Shown one piece after another: positions 1-9,065 of a stretch of DNA of 35,286 bases. The stretch comes from Alphaproteobacteria bacterium (GTDB lineage: Bacteria; Pseudomonadota; Alphaproteobacteria; CAAGCB01; CAG-977). Every line of letters begins with the position of its first letter. Position 1 is the stretch's first letter. Position numbers and translations under genes: made by a program. Under the pieces are notes generated by a model that was given only the letters and a program-made list of their open reading frames with translations, searched no databases and was not told the origin of the DNA. The stretch is taken from contig JAJXEL010000003.1 in assembly GCA_021639925.1 (NCBI GenBank), positions 1 through 35,286 on the forward strand, given 5' to 3'.

Positions 1-231
1 CAACAGGATCAGCAGCAGCAACAGGATCAGCAACAGCAACAACAAGATCAGCAACAGCAACAAGATCAACAGCAACAAGATCAACAGCAACAGCAACAAG
101 ATCAGCAACAGCAACAGGATCAGCAGCAGCAACAAGATCAGCAACAGCAACAGGATCAGCAGCAACAACAGGATCAGCAACAGCAACAACAACAGGATCA
201 GCAGCAGCAACAGGATCAGCAAAACCAGTCT
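1..231 (+). repeat. Coding CAG/CAA microsatellite-like tract (Gln runs punctuated by GAT Asp codons)
   Basis: Direct reading gives caacaggatcagcagcagcaacaggatcag... repeated with irregular 15-24 nt spacing of GAT. It is in frame with the partial CDS at 1-432. Confidence 0.8.
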
Positions 232-432
232 GCTTTAAATCCGGAACAGCAGCGGGAAGAAAACCGTCAGCCGAATTCACAACAAAAAGCGCCGCCCGAA
301 CAAAAAACGGATCAGGACGACCGGGAAAAACAGGAACAACGGCAATGGCTCAGCGTGATTGAAGACGATCCGTCGGGGCTTTTGCGCGAACGTATCCGCC
401 GGCGCAATTTGATTAAAGGAGGAAAAAGATAA
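1..432 (+). CDS. 3' end (partial at window edge) of a Bat-operon-type VWA/TPR protein (BatB/BatC-like)
   Basis: Frame 1 is open from base 1 to TAA at 430-432 and is not in the ORF track. It translates to long QQDQQQQ runs and ends ...WLSVIEDDPSGLLRERIRRRNLIKGGKR. The W-L-x-x-I/V-x-DDP-x-GLLR tail is, from memory, typical of the VWA/TPR proteins that precede batD. The stop overlaps the batD start (TAATG). Confidence 0.5.
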   Translation, partial: QQDQQQQQDQQQQQQDQQQQQDQQQQDQQQQQQDQQQQQDQQQQQDQQQQQDQQQQQDQQQQQQQDQQQQQDQQNQSALNPEQQREENRQPNSQQKAPPEQKTDQDDREKQEQRQWLSVIEDDPSGLLRERIRRRNLIKGGKR

Positions 433-2294
433 TGAAAAATAAAATTGTCTTTGCATTTCTTGTCATGTTTGCTTTTTGCCGCACGGCTCTGGCGGGGTTT
501 CAGGCCGACGTCAGCCGCACCGTTATTCCCGAAGGCGAAAGTTTCCAGCTTTACCTGCGTCAGGACGGCGACGCCGCGCAGCCGGATATTTCCGTTTTAA
601 ATGAAGATTTCCTGATCGTGATGGAACGTAAAAGTTTTAAGTCCACCTATGTTAACGGTAAAACGCAAACCTTTAATGAAAACGTTTTAACGCTGATTCC
701 CAAAAAAACAGGGGAAGTGACTCTGCCGTCTATCCGCGCGGGCAAGGAACAGACAAAACCGCTGAAACTGACGGTTGTCGCCGGCGGGCAGGCTTTGCCC
801 GACGATCCGGCGGACAGAAAAAAAGCGCAGGCCGCCCAGCCGAATGTGTTTATCCGCTATACCGTGGACAATCAGACGCCTTATGTCGGCCAACAGGTGC
901 CTTTGAGTGTAAAATTGTATTCTTTTGTTCAAACGCCGCTGCTGGACGGGGCGGTCACGCCGCCGCAGGCCGACGGAATTACGGCCGAACAATGGGGGGA
1001 CGTCAAACGGTCGCGCGAAACGGTTAACGGCAGAACATATGACGTGCTGGAATATAAATTTCTGCTGTTTGCCCAGAAAAGCGGACGGATTACATTATCT
1101 CCCGTTCGTTTCAGAGGGACGATCAGCGATCCGGAAGGACGCGATGAAACAATGGAAGATCTGTTCGGTTTCGGCGGATCGGACTTTTTTTCGGGCTTTT
1201 TCGGCCAGAAAAATATTGCCGTACAGTCTTCGGCCGTTGTTCTGGATATTCGGCCGAAACCGGATCAGGCCGGAACGGGGATCTGGCTGCCGGCAACGGA
1301 CGTCGCCGTTTCCGAAGATTTTACCCCGCCCAAACAAACGATTTCTTTGGGGGAAGCTTTGACACGGACGGTTACCGTTATGGCTGCGGGCGTGCGTGAC
1401 AGTCAAATTCCCGATTTGGCATTTCCTGACGGAACGGATTATAAACAGTATCCGGGCAAGACGGATTCAAAAAATCTGTTTGACAACAACGGGATTGTCG
1501 GCGTGAAAACGCGACAGATCGTTTTTATGCCGACCAAAGCGGGGCAGATTGTTTTGCCGCGAATGGAAATCCCCTGGTTTGACGTAAAATCGAAACAGAT
1601 AAAAAAAGCCGTTCTGCCTGCCCGGACGATTACGGTAACGGGGGCGGAAAGCAAACGGCCGGCCGAACCGCCTGTTCTGCCTGCGGCCGCCGCAGATTCA
1701 GGTGCTGCCGCTGCCGCGCCTGCGGTACCGCCGTCTGCCGTCGCGGCAGAATCCGAATTTGCCAAAGCTTTTTCCCAGCCGCCGGAAAATACGGCGGAGC
1801 AAAAAGCTGCCGCGGCGTTTTGGGAAAAATATGTTCATCAGCCGCCCCTGCGCCTGTTTTTGGCCGGCATTTTGGCCGGCGGAGCTGTTGTGACGGTTTT
1901 ATGGCTTTTGCTTCATTTTTTAATTTTTAAAAAAGCGGCTGGAACAAAACCTGCCGGCGGCCAAGATGAAATGCCGCAGCGCCGCGAAGCCGTCAGCCGG
2001 ATAAAGGAAGCCTGTCTGTCCGGTTCCGCCGAACAGGCAAAACGGGCTTTGCTGGATCTGGGGCGCGTGCTGTGGGCTCAAAATCCGCCTTTGACCCTTT
2101 CCGAACTGGCCGGCCGGTTTGATGATAAAGAACTGTCGGAACAGATGGAAAATCTGAACCGGGCTTTATATGCGGGCAATGCCGCCGGCTGGGACGCGAA
2201 GACGTTCTGGACCGTGTTTAAAAAGGTTGAAACCGGCGGAAAAAAACAAAAAAAGAATGAAAAAATTCCCGTTCCTCCGCTTTATCCGGATTAA
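432..2294 (+). CDS. batD: BatD-like oxygen-tolerance family membrane protein
   Basis: 620-aa ORF with an N-terminal signal peptide (MKNKIVFAFLVMFAFCRTALA) and a BatD-like start of the mature protein (DVSRTVIPEGESFQLYL). It also has a Pro/Ala-rich linker, a single C-terminal TM (LFLAGILAGGAVVTVLWLLLHFLIF) and a cytoplasmic tail. It is translationally coupled to the upstream Bat-type gene. Confidence 0.65.
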   Translation: MKNKIVFAFLVMFAFCRTALAGFQADVSRTVIPEGESFQLYLRQDGDAAQPDISVLNEDFLIVMERKSFKSTYVNGKTQTFNENVLTLIPKKTGEVTLPSIRAGKEQTKPLKLTVVAGGQALPDDPADRKKAQAAQPNVFIRYTVDNQTPYVGQQVPLSVKLYSFVQTPLLDGAVTPPQADGITAEQWGDVKRSRETVNGRTYDVLEYKFLLFAQKSGRITLSPVRFRGTISDPEGRDETMEDLFGFGGSDFFSGFFGQKNIAVQSSAVVLDIRPKPDQAGTGIWLPATDVAVSEDFTPPKQTISLGEALTRTVTVMAAGVRDSQIPDLAFPDGTDYKQYPGKTDSKNLFDNNGIVGVKTRQIVFMPTKAGQIVLPRMEIPWFDVKSKQIKKAVLPARTITVTGAESKRPAEPPVLPAAAADSGAAAAAPAVPPSAVAAESEFAKAFSQPPENTAEQKAAAAFWEKYVHQPPLRLFLAGILAGGAVVTVLWLLLHFLIFKKAAGTKPAGGQDEMPQRREAVSRIKEACLSGSAEQAKRALLDLGRVLWAQNPPLTLSELAGRFDDKELSEQMENLNRALYAGNAAGWDAKTFWTVFKKVETGGKKQKKNEKIPVPPLYPD

Positions 2295-2364
2295 ACATTC
2301 ACTGTTTATTTACGATACGGGCGTATAACCTGTAAATAACAGTATTGTCGGGAAAGTCGGATTG

Positions 2365-3429
2365 ATGCGCAGTCAGCATTTAACTCATGCCGTTTTGGCT
2401 TCGCTTTTGTGGTGCGCGGTCGTGTTCGCGTTTGTCGGCATGAACTTTATGAAATTTGAATCCGCTTCCCGCGCTTTGCGGGATTCCAGAATTGAAACGG
2501 CGCTGACCGAATTGCAAAGGGCAATGCAAACCGACATGGATAAAGGAACTTCTTTGTCCGGAATTGAAAAAGCCGAAGACCGTTTGTTTCATTATGCTTC
2601 GGAAAACGACGACGTTTTGTCCGTCATGGTTTTTGCCGCGGGGTCGGGAAAGATTTTATTCAGCACTGTCGCCGCGCAGGTCGGCATGACCGTTCCGTCC
2701 GCCTGGCGTGAAAAATGCGGCCTGCCCGGAACGGTGTTCGTGGAAACGGCTGAAAACAAAGAAACGGTCGGCTTGCCGATATTGAATGCTTTTTTGGAAA
2801 CCGAAGGGTGCCTGGCCGCCGAGTATAAAACCGGAACAAACGAAGAGATCCGGGAAAAAATGATCGCGACGGCTTTTCATTTTGCCTTCCGGCTGGCGCT
2901 GATCGGGGTCGCGGCATGTTTTCTGATTTGTTTTTTTAAAACGATCAGCGCGTTTGTTTTCGGCGGTAAAAAAATTCGTTCGGCGGCAGTTTTGATTTTA
3001 TGTACAGGGGTGTTGTTTTTAATGCTGCAGCTGAATTTTTCGGCGATGTTCAGAGCTTTTGAACAAGATCTGCGCCAGGAAACGGCGGCAAAAACGCAGA
3101 CGATCGCCCGGCAGGTGAAAAATTTGATCGAACGGGTTGTGCGCGGCGGCGAACCGTTTAAATCAATAAACGGGCTGGAAGCTTACCTGGATCAGATCCG
3201 CCAGAAAAACAAGGAAATCCTGTTTATTTTGGTGACGGATAAAACGGGGCGCGTATTATATGAATCGGGGGCGGCCGCAAAAGCGTTTGACGCGGATCCG
3301 CGCACAGGCAAAATTTCTTTGCGCGAAGGGTATTATAACGCTGCCGAACCCGTCAACGATCTTGAATCCGCGGCGGGCTGGGTACAGATCGGCGTCAATG
3401 AAAGGTTCGCGCGTGAAAAAATTTTTTAG
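2365..3429 (+). CDS. Membrane protein with sensor-like topology and no recognisable output domain
   Basis: The ORF has an N-terminal TM (AVLASLLWCAVVFAFVGMNF), an extracytoplasmic segment of about 150 aa and a TM cluster (about aa 175-225). A cytoplasmic segment of about 120 aa ends in GWVQIGVNERFAREKIF. ATG at 2365 is preferred over TTG at 2362. I recognised no family motif. Confidence 0.45.
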   Translation: MRSQHLTHAVLASLLWCAVVFAFVGMNFMKFESASRALRDSRIETALTELQRAMQTDMDKGTSLSGIEKAEDRLFHYASENDDVLSVMVFAAGSGKILFSTVAAQVGMTVPSAWREKCGLPGTVFVETAENKETVGLPILNAFLETEGCLAAEYKTGTNEEIREKMIATAFHFAFRLALIGVAACFLICFFKTISAFVFGGKKIRSAAVLILCTGVLFLMLQLNFSAMFRAFEQDLRQETAAKTQTIARQVKNLIERVVRGGEPFKSINGLEAYLDQIRQKNKEILFILVTDKTGRVLYESGAAAKAFDADPRTGKISLREGYYNAAEPVNDLESAAGWVQIGVNERFAREKIF

Positions 3430-4414
3430 TCTTTTTTTCTTTTTGCTGTTTTTTCCTTTTTTCTGCGCGCAGGCCGCGGCGCCGTCGAAAGTGTATATGG
3501 TTTTATGGGACGGCTGCGAAGATGCCTGCCGGGGATTTCTGGATTATTTAAAATCGGCGCGCGCGAATGTGGAAATTATTCAGCGCAACCTGAATAAAAA
3601 AACGGATAAAATTCCGGCTTTGACCGCCGAAATTAAAGAAATTTCGCCCGATCTGCTGGTCACATGGGGGACTTTGGCAACACTGGAAATGCTGGGGACG
3701 GAAAACAACGGTCCCGTTTCAAAATACGGCGCGGTTCCGGCTTTGTTTATGGTCGTATCGCAGCCGGTGGAAAGCGGGCTGGTTTCTTCGTTGGTTTCTC
3801 AGGGGCGCAATATTACGGGGGTTATGCATTTGGTTCCTTTGTCCGAACAGCTGCAGTATGCCCGCCAGATTGTGGCGTTTAAACGTCTGGGCATTGTTTA
3901 TAATCCGGCGGAAACAAACGCGCAGATTGCCGTCGACCAGTTAAAACGCTATGCGTCCATGATGAATTTTGAATTGCTGGAACGGCCGGTGCCTTTGGAT
4001 AAAAATGACAGGCCGGACGTCAGGGCCGTCGCCGGTTTGGTGGCAGAACTGGCCGAAAGCAAAGCGGATTTGATTTATTTGGGGCCGGACGCTTTTATGA
4101 ATGCCAACCGCAGGATTTTAACCGATACAGCGGCGGCTTTTTCCATTCCTGTTTTTTCGGCTTCCGAAGGGGCGGTGCGCCACGATAACGCTTTGTTCGC
4201 TTTTGTTCACCGCTATTATACGGTCGGACAAATGGCCGGCCGGAAAGCAATGAAAATTTTAAAAGACAAAATTCAGGCTTATGACATTCCGATTGAAGCG
4301 CCGCCGCGCGCTTTGCTGGTTGTCAATATGTCGGCGGCGCAGAAAACGGGGATATACCCGCCGCTGACGTTGATGCAGAACGCGGATCTGATCAATATTC
4401 CCGAAAAGAAATAA
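3398..4414 (+). CDS. Periplasmic ABC-transporter-type substrate-binding protein (PF04392 / ABC_sub_bind-like)
   Basis: Signal peptide MKGSRVKKFFSLFFFLLFFPFFCAQA. The body matches the family pattern as I remember it (VSQPVESGLV...GRNITGV, LGIVYNPAETNAQ, ADLIYLGPD, IPVFSASEGAVRHDNALFAF, LVVNMSAAQKTGI). I chose the start at ATG 3398 (GTG 3413 is an alternative) rather than the track start at 3260. Confidence 0.65.
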   Translation: MKGSRVKKFFSLFFFLLFFPFFCAQAAAPSKVYMVLWDGCEDACRGFLDYLKSARANVEIIQRNLNKKTDKIPALTAEIKEISPDLLVTWGTLATLEMLGTENNGPVSKYGAVPALFMVVSQPVESGLVSSLVSQGRNITGVMHLVPLSEQLQYARQIVAFKRLGIVYNPAETNAQIAVDQLKRYASMMNFELLERPVPLDKNDRPDVRAVAGLVAELAESKADLIYLGPDAFMNANRRILTDTAAAFSIPVFSASEGAVRHDNALFAFVHRYYTVGQMAGRKAMKILKDKIQAYDIPIEAPPRALLVVNMSAAQKTGIYPPLTLMQNADLINIPEKK

Positions 4415-4417
4415 TCA

Positions 4418-4861
4418 TTATTTGCGCCGCTGCGGTTTGGGATAAGTTCTTTCGGCGCCGTCGGCGAGTTTCTTTTGCCCGCGCGGGTATAAGAATTTGC
4501 CGTCCGGCGTTTTAATCGAACCGTCCGAATAAAGTTCGAATTTAAAAATATCCATTTTTGAAAAATCGGCAATGGTTTGAGCGCAGTCCCTTTTGCTGCG
4601 GCCGCGCTGAAACGTATAACTGTTCGCTTTTGCCGAAGCGTATAAACGCAAGGCGGCTTCTTCAGCGGCCTGAGACGGCGCCGTATTGCTGAAATACCGG
4701 CTGAGGATTTCTTCAAACTGATATAACTGGCGGTAAGCTCCGCAAGCCAGCACAACGCCGGCCAAAGTCCCGATGCTTTCGGTGTCTCTTCCCGACTGTG
4801 ACTGGGCCGAAGCGTTAAACGGCGCAAGAAAGATCATGAAAATAAGCAGAAAAACGCGCAT
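4418..4861 (-). CDS. Small secreted hypothetical protein
   Basis: 147-aa ORF with a signal peptide (MRVFLLIFMIFLAPFNASA) and no recognised motif. It is convergent with the binding-protein gene, with a 3-nt gap. Confidence 0.45.
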   Translation of the reverse strand: MRVFLLIFMIFLAPFNASAQSQSGRDTESIGTLAGVVLACGAYRQLYQFEEILSRYFSNTAPSQAAEEAALRLYASAKANSYTFQRGRSKRDCAQTIADFSKMDIFKFELYSDGSIKTPDGKFLYPRGQKKLADGAERTYPKPQRRK

Positions 4862-4965
4862 TTTAAAACTCTTTTGAAAAATACCCTGCGAATTAATTTA
4901 ACAGACAAAGGTTCATAAAATACTAACGATTCGCCGCGGCGGGCCCATAATTTTTCAATCATTGT

Positions 4966-4995
4966 TTGACGATTGTTTCGCGTCTCGTTTACACT
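4966..4995 (+). promoter_or_regulatory. Candidate sigma70-type promoter for pfk
   Basis: TTGACG (4966-4971), an 18-nt spacer, then TACACT (4990-4995), about 30 nt upstream of ATG 5028. A GGGGGG-rich RBS lies at about 5014-5021. Confidence 0.3.
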
Positions 4996-5027
4996 AAAAG
5001 GAAATATCTGTTTAAAAGGGGGGCCTT

Positions 5028-6299
5028 ATGCCATATGAAAAAATCAAAGGCAAACTTTTAGTCGCGCAGGGCGGCGGACCGACGGCCGTTATTAATCAGT
5101 CGCTGGTCGGCGTTGTGCTGGAAGCGCGTAAATTTAACCGTGTCGATCTGGTTTACGGGGCTGTGCACGGCGTGCGCGGTATCGTGAACGAAGATCTGGT
5201 CAATCTGTCCAGCGAAACGTCGCATAATCTGGAAATGGTCGCCAATACGCCGTCGTCGGCTTTGGGGACGACGCGCGACAAACCGGATCTGAAGTATTGC
5301 CGGCAAATGCTGAAAGTCATGCAGGCGCACGATATCCGTTACTTTCTGTATATCGGCGGCAACGATTCCGCCGATACGATCCGGATTATCAGTGAAGAAG
5401 CCAAAAAAGCGAACTATCAGCTGCGCTGTATCCATATCCCCAAAACGATTGACAACGATCTGATGCACAACGACCATTGTCCGGGGTATCCTTCTGCCGC
5501 GCGTTATGTTTCTCAGGCTTTTGTCGGGCTGAACCGTGACAGCTGGGCGTTGGGCGGAACGGTTATTGCCGTTGTCATGGGACGGCATGCGGGCTTTTTA
5601 ACCGCCGCCGCCGCTATGGGCAAAAAGTTTCCCGACGACGGGCCGCATTTGATTTATATGCCGGAACGGACTTTCGATATTAATGTTTTTGCCGAAGACG
5701 TCCGGCGTGTTTATGAAAAGTACGACCGCTGCGTCGTTGCCGTCAGCGAAGGCATTCACGACGCGGACGGTCAGCCGGTTATTACAAAACTGACAAATTG
5801 CCGGGATCGCGACGCACACGGCAATATCCAGCTGTCGGGATCCGGCGCTTTGGGCGATTGTCTGGCGCAGGTGCTGCGGGAAAAGGTCGGTATCAAACGC
5901 GTTCGCGCCGATACGCTGGGATATATGCAGCGTTCTTTTGTCGGCTGCGTTTCCGACGTGGACCAGCGCGAAGCCCGCGAAGTCGGCGAAAAAGCCGTTC
6001 AGTTCGCCATGTGGGGAAACAGCGACGGATCGGTCGCCATTAAACGGATCGGGTTTTATATGTGCGATTATGATTTAATTCCTTTGGACAGGGTGGCGGC
6101 AAAAACGCGTACGATGCCCGACGAATTTATCACGCCCGAAGGCAATGACGTAACGGACGCTTTCCGCATGTACCTGCGGCCGCTGCTGGGATCAAAAATG
6201 CCGGACGCGTACCGGCTGCGTGCGCCGTTTATTCCGAAAATCTTAAACGAGGGCGCGCCGTGTTCTTCGGAACGCCAGCCGAAACTGCCGCAGTGGTAA
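5028..6299 (+). CDS. pfk: 6-phosphofructokinase, PfkA family (phosphoryl donor uncertain, possibly PPi)
   Basis: Motifs GGGPTAVINQS, YIGGNDSADT, IPKTIDNDL and VMGRHAGFL are present in a 423-aa protein. Confidence 0.85.
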   Translation: MPYEKIKGKLLVAQGGGPTAVINQSLVGVVLEARKFNRVDLVYGAVHGVRGIVNEDLVNLSSETSHNLEMVANTPSSALGTTRDKPDLKYCRQMLKVMQAHDIRYFLYIGGNDSADTIRIISEEAKKANYQLRCIHIPKTIDNDLMHNDHCPGYPSAARYVSQAFVGLNRDSWALGGTVIAVVMGRHAGFLTAAAAMGKKFPDDGPHLIYMPERTFDINVFAEDVRRVYEKYDRCVVAVSEGIHDADGQPVITKLTNCRDRDAHGNIQLSGSGALGDCLAQVLREKVGIKRVRADTLGYMQRSFVGCVSDVDQREAREVGEKAVQFAMWGNSDGSVAIKRIGFYMCDYDLIPLDRVAAKTRTMPDEFITPEGNDVTDAFRMYLRPLLGSKMPDAYRLRAPFIPKILNEGAPCSSERQPKLPQW

Positions 6300-6300
6300 G

Positions 6301-7014
6301 CTATTTCCCGGTGAAATGAATCCGGCTTAAAAACACGCGCCAGGCCGCCGTGACGGCCGCGGGATTTTCCAGCGGCGGCAGATGTCCGCTGTCCGCGATA
6401 ACGGCATGAACGGCTGTTGGAATCTGCGCCGTCATACGGTCCAGGGATTCCGGCGGGGAAAGGGCGTCCTGCGCGCCGCCCATGACCAGCGCGGGACACG
6501 GAATCTTTTTTAACAACTCTGTTGAATCCGGGCGGCTCATGATTGTTTTTTGTTCGTTGACATACTTATCAACGCCTGTCGTCCGCGCCATGTGTTCCAG
6601 AATATGACGGATAATGTCGTTATTGCGGTGATCAGGGGAAATGATGCCGAACAAAGCGGATTCCATAACGGCTTCGATGCCCTGCGTTTGCGCCGTTTCA
6701 ATCATTTCCTGCCGTTTTTTGCGCGCCGGTTCCGGATCGGCAAGGGCGTTCGTGTCCATTAAAATCAGTCCTGCGACACGTTCCGGCGCTTGCCGTAAAA
6801 TTTCAAAAGCGACATATCCGCCCATTGAAATGCCGCCCAAAACAAATTTTCCGCGGATTTGGGACAAAATCCGCTTCGCCGTGTCCGTAACGTCGGTGTC
6901 CAGCCCCAAATCGGGAACAAAAAAATCGGCGTCGTTTTCCAACGCTTTGATCTGATGAATAAACAAACCGGCGTTACATAACAGCGCGGGCAGCAAAACA
7001 ACAGGCGTTTTCAT
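6301..7014 (-). CDS. Alpha/beta-fold hydrolase
   Basis: 237 aa with a nucleophile elbow GGISMGG and a C-terminal DSGHLPPLE (catalytic His region). It is convergent with pfk, with a 1-nt gap. Confidence 0.75.
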   Translation of the reverse strand: MKTPVVLLPALLCNAGLFIHQIKALENDADFFVPDLGLDTDVTDTAKRILSQIRGKFVLGGISMGGYVAFEILRQAPERVAGLILMDTNALADPEPARKKRQEMIETAQTQGIEAVMESALFGIISPDHRNNDIIRHILEHMARTTGVDKYVNEQKTIMSRPDSTELLKKIPCPALVMGGAQDALSPPESLDRMTAQIPTAVHAVIADSGHLPPLENPAAVTAAWRVFLSRIHFTGK

Positions 7015-7029
7015 GAAGTAAATTTCCTT

Positions 7030-7593
7030 TTATCTGATCAATCGGTTTTGAATGTCTTTAAACTCCGGCGTTCCTGATTTCCTGAGCCATTCAAACAAAA
7101 CCATTTCTACGGTTGTCAGGAAAATGCCTTCCTGTTTAAAACGGGTTTCGGCAGCGGTTTCGTTTTCGGCGGCGCGGCTGCCCGAAGCGTCTGTCACGAT
7201 GAAAACGTCAAACCCTTTTTCCTTTAATTCAACGGCGGTCTGCAAAACGCAGATGTGTTCTTCGATACCGGCGATGATGATTTGTTTTTTTTCCAAAGCG
7301 TTTATTTTTTCCATAAACCCTTCCTCTTGTACGGCGGACAAACTCGTTTTGGGGAAATAAAGCGTGTTTTGCGGCGCGGCGTCTTTAATGTCGAAAATAG
7401 ACGGCCCCAGCCCTTTGGGGTACTGCTCTGTAATAATGACGGGAACGTTTAAAATATCCGCGCCTTTTAATAAACGGGAACACCCTTCGATCACGCGCCT
7501 GGGATCGTTTGCCGCCGGCGCCAGACGTTCCTGGACGTCTATAATCAAAAGACATGAATTGGTTTTGCTGATTAACATTGTTCTGCCTTTCAT
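7030..7593 (-). CDS. Isochorismatase-family cysteine hydrolase
   Basis: Motifs CLLIIDVQERL, VIITEQYPKGLG and IIAGIEEHICVLQTA (catalytic Cys). I placed the start at an internal Met (7593, or 7578) because the track start at 7641 leaves only 8 nt to the divergent helicase gene. Confidence 0.75.
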   Translation of the reverse strand: MKGRTMLISKTNSCLLIIDVQERLAPAANDPRRVIEGCSRLLKGADILNVPVIITEQYPKGLGPSIFDIKDAAPQNTLYFPKTSLSAVQEEGFMEKINALEKKQIIIAGIEEHICVLQTAVELKEKGFDVFIVTDASGSRAAENETAAETRFKQEGIFLTTVEMVLFEWLRKSGTPEFKDIQNRLIR

Positions 7594-7649
7594 TTCGGTA
7601 TATAACTTTTTTATTCGTGCCACACTTTTAACGGAATACAAACATAAAA

Positions 7650-9065
7650 ATGAAATTTTCTGATTTAGGACTCAATGAAAACACGCTTAAAGCCGTCGCC
7701 GATGTCGGGTATGAGGAACCGACGCCGATCCAGGAAAAGGCAATTCCCGAAATTTTAAAACGCAACGACGTTATGGGGATCGCGCAGACGGGAACCGGAA
7801 AAACCGCGGCTTTTACTTTGCCGATGATCGATATTCTGGCAAACGGCCGGGCAAAAGCGCTGATGCCCAGAACGCTGATTTTATCGCCGACGCGCGAACT
7901 GGCAACGCAGATCGCCGAATGTTTCCAGAAATACGGCAAATACCAAAAATTGTCGATGGCTTTGCTGATCGGCGGAGAATCAATGATAGAACAACAAAAA
8001 ATCCTGTCTCGCGGGGTTGACGTTCTGATCGCCACGCCGGGGCGTATGATTGATTTGTGCGAACGCGGCCGGATTTTGCTGCGCGACGTGCAGGTGTTCG
8101 TATTGGACGAAGCCGACAGAATGCTGGATATGGGCTTTATTCCCGATGTTGAAAAGATCGCCGCGAAACTGCCGGCGATGCGGCAGACTCTGCTGTTTTC
8201 CGCAACGATGCTGCCGGAAATCAAAGCGCTGGCGAAAAAGTTTATGAAATTCCCGGTCGAAGTCCGCGTCGATCCTGCAATGTCGACGGCCGATACGGTC
8301 GAACAGTTTATCGTAAAAACCAACGAACGCGGCAAACGCGAGGTGCTGCGCAATCTGATCCGCGCGGAAAACGTTCAAAACGCGATGATTTTCTGCAACC
8401 GTAAAAAAGACGTGGATATTTTGTTTAAGTCGTTTACGAAACATCATTTTTCGGTTGCCGCTTTGCACGGCGACATGGCGCAGGGGGCGCGGACGGAAAC
8501 GCTGAACGCTTTCCGCGACGGACAGGTGCAGCTGCTGGTTTGTTCCGACGTTGCGGCGCGCGGACTGGATCTGCCCGACGTATCGCATGTGTTCAATTTT
8601 GACGTTCCCGTTAATTCCGAAGATTACATTCACCGTATCGGCCGGACGGGGCGCGCCGGAAAAACGGGGCGGGCGTTTATGCTGATCACGTCTGCGGATT
8701 TCAAGGCGCTGGCGCAGATCGAAAAAATGATCGGCAAACAAATCGAAGAAATGTCGCGTTTTTCCGTTGAAATGGATCCGCCGCCGGAACCGAAAAGCAG
8801 ACGGCGCGGCAAAAACGCGAAACAGGGAAAAACGGAAAATCCCGGGCCGAAAAAGGAAACAAAAGAAAAACGGGATAAACAAAAACCGGCGGCCGGCGCG
8901 GACAAGACGGCGCCCGCGCGGAAAACGCAGGAAAAATCCGGTCATGGGAAAAAACGCGCCGATGTGAAAAAAATGCGGGGAGCCGGTGTTCCTGCGGCTG
9001 CGGAAATCAAAGCTTTCGGTAAATCAATGCCGGCATTTATGATGAACGAGGTTAAGCTGTCATGA
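7650..9065 (+). CDS. rhlE: DEAD-box ATP-dependent RNA helicase (RhlE-like) with a basic C-terminal tail
   Basis: Motifs AQTGTGKTAAF, PTRELA, VLDEADRM, SAT and HRIGRTGRAGKTG, followed by a Lys/Arg-rich tail. Confidence 0.9.
   Translation: MKFSDLGLNENTLKAVADVGYEEPTPIQEKAIPEILKRNDVMGIAQTGTGKTAAFTLPMIDILANGRAKALMPRTLILSPTRELATQIAECFQKYGKYQKLSMALLIGGESMIEQQKILSRGVDVLIATPGRMIDLCERGRILLRDVQVFVLDEADRMLDMGFIPDVEKIAAKLPAMRQTLLFSATMLPEIKALAKKFMKFPVEVRVDPAMSTADTVEQFIVKTNERGKREVLRNLIRAENVQNAMIFCNRKKDVDILFKSFTKHHFSVAALHGDMAQGARTETLNAFRDGQVQLLVCSDVAARGLDLPDVSHVFNFDVPVNSEDYIHRIGRTGRAGKTGRAFMLITSADFKALAQIEKMIGKQIEEMSRFSVEMDPPPEPKSRRRGKNAKQGKTENPGPKKETKEKRDKQKPAAGADKTAPARKTQEKSGHGKKRADVKKMRGAGVPAAAEIKAFGKSMPAFMMNEVKLS

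Noticed and set aside
2301-2343. Imperfect inverted repeat (actgtttatttac ... gtaaataacagt) after batD, considered as a terminator.
   Set aside because: The stem is AT-rich with a bulge, the loop is 18 nt and no T-tract follows. It may be a regulatory hairpin, but the evidence is too weak to call.
3260-3397. N-terminal extension of 46 aa on the binding-protein ORF.
   Set aside because: The extension is Arg-rich, lies inside the upstream gene's frame region and precedes a clean signal peptide that starts at Met 3398.
7628-8945. Minus-strand ORFs of 241 aa and 321 aa overlapping the helicase gene.
   Set aside because: The plus strand carries the complete DEAD-box motif set. The minus-strand products are compositionally odd (Ser/Arg/Phe-rich) with no motifs.
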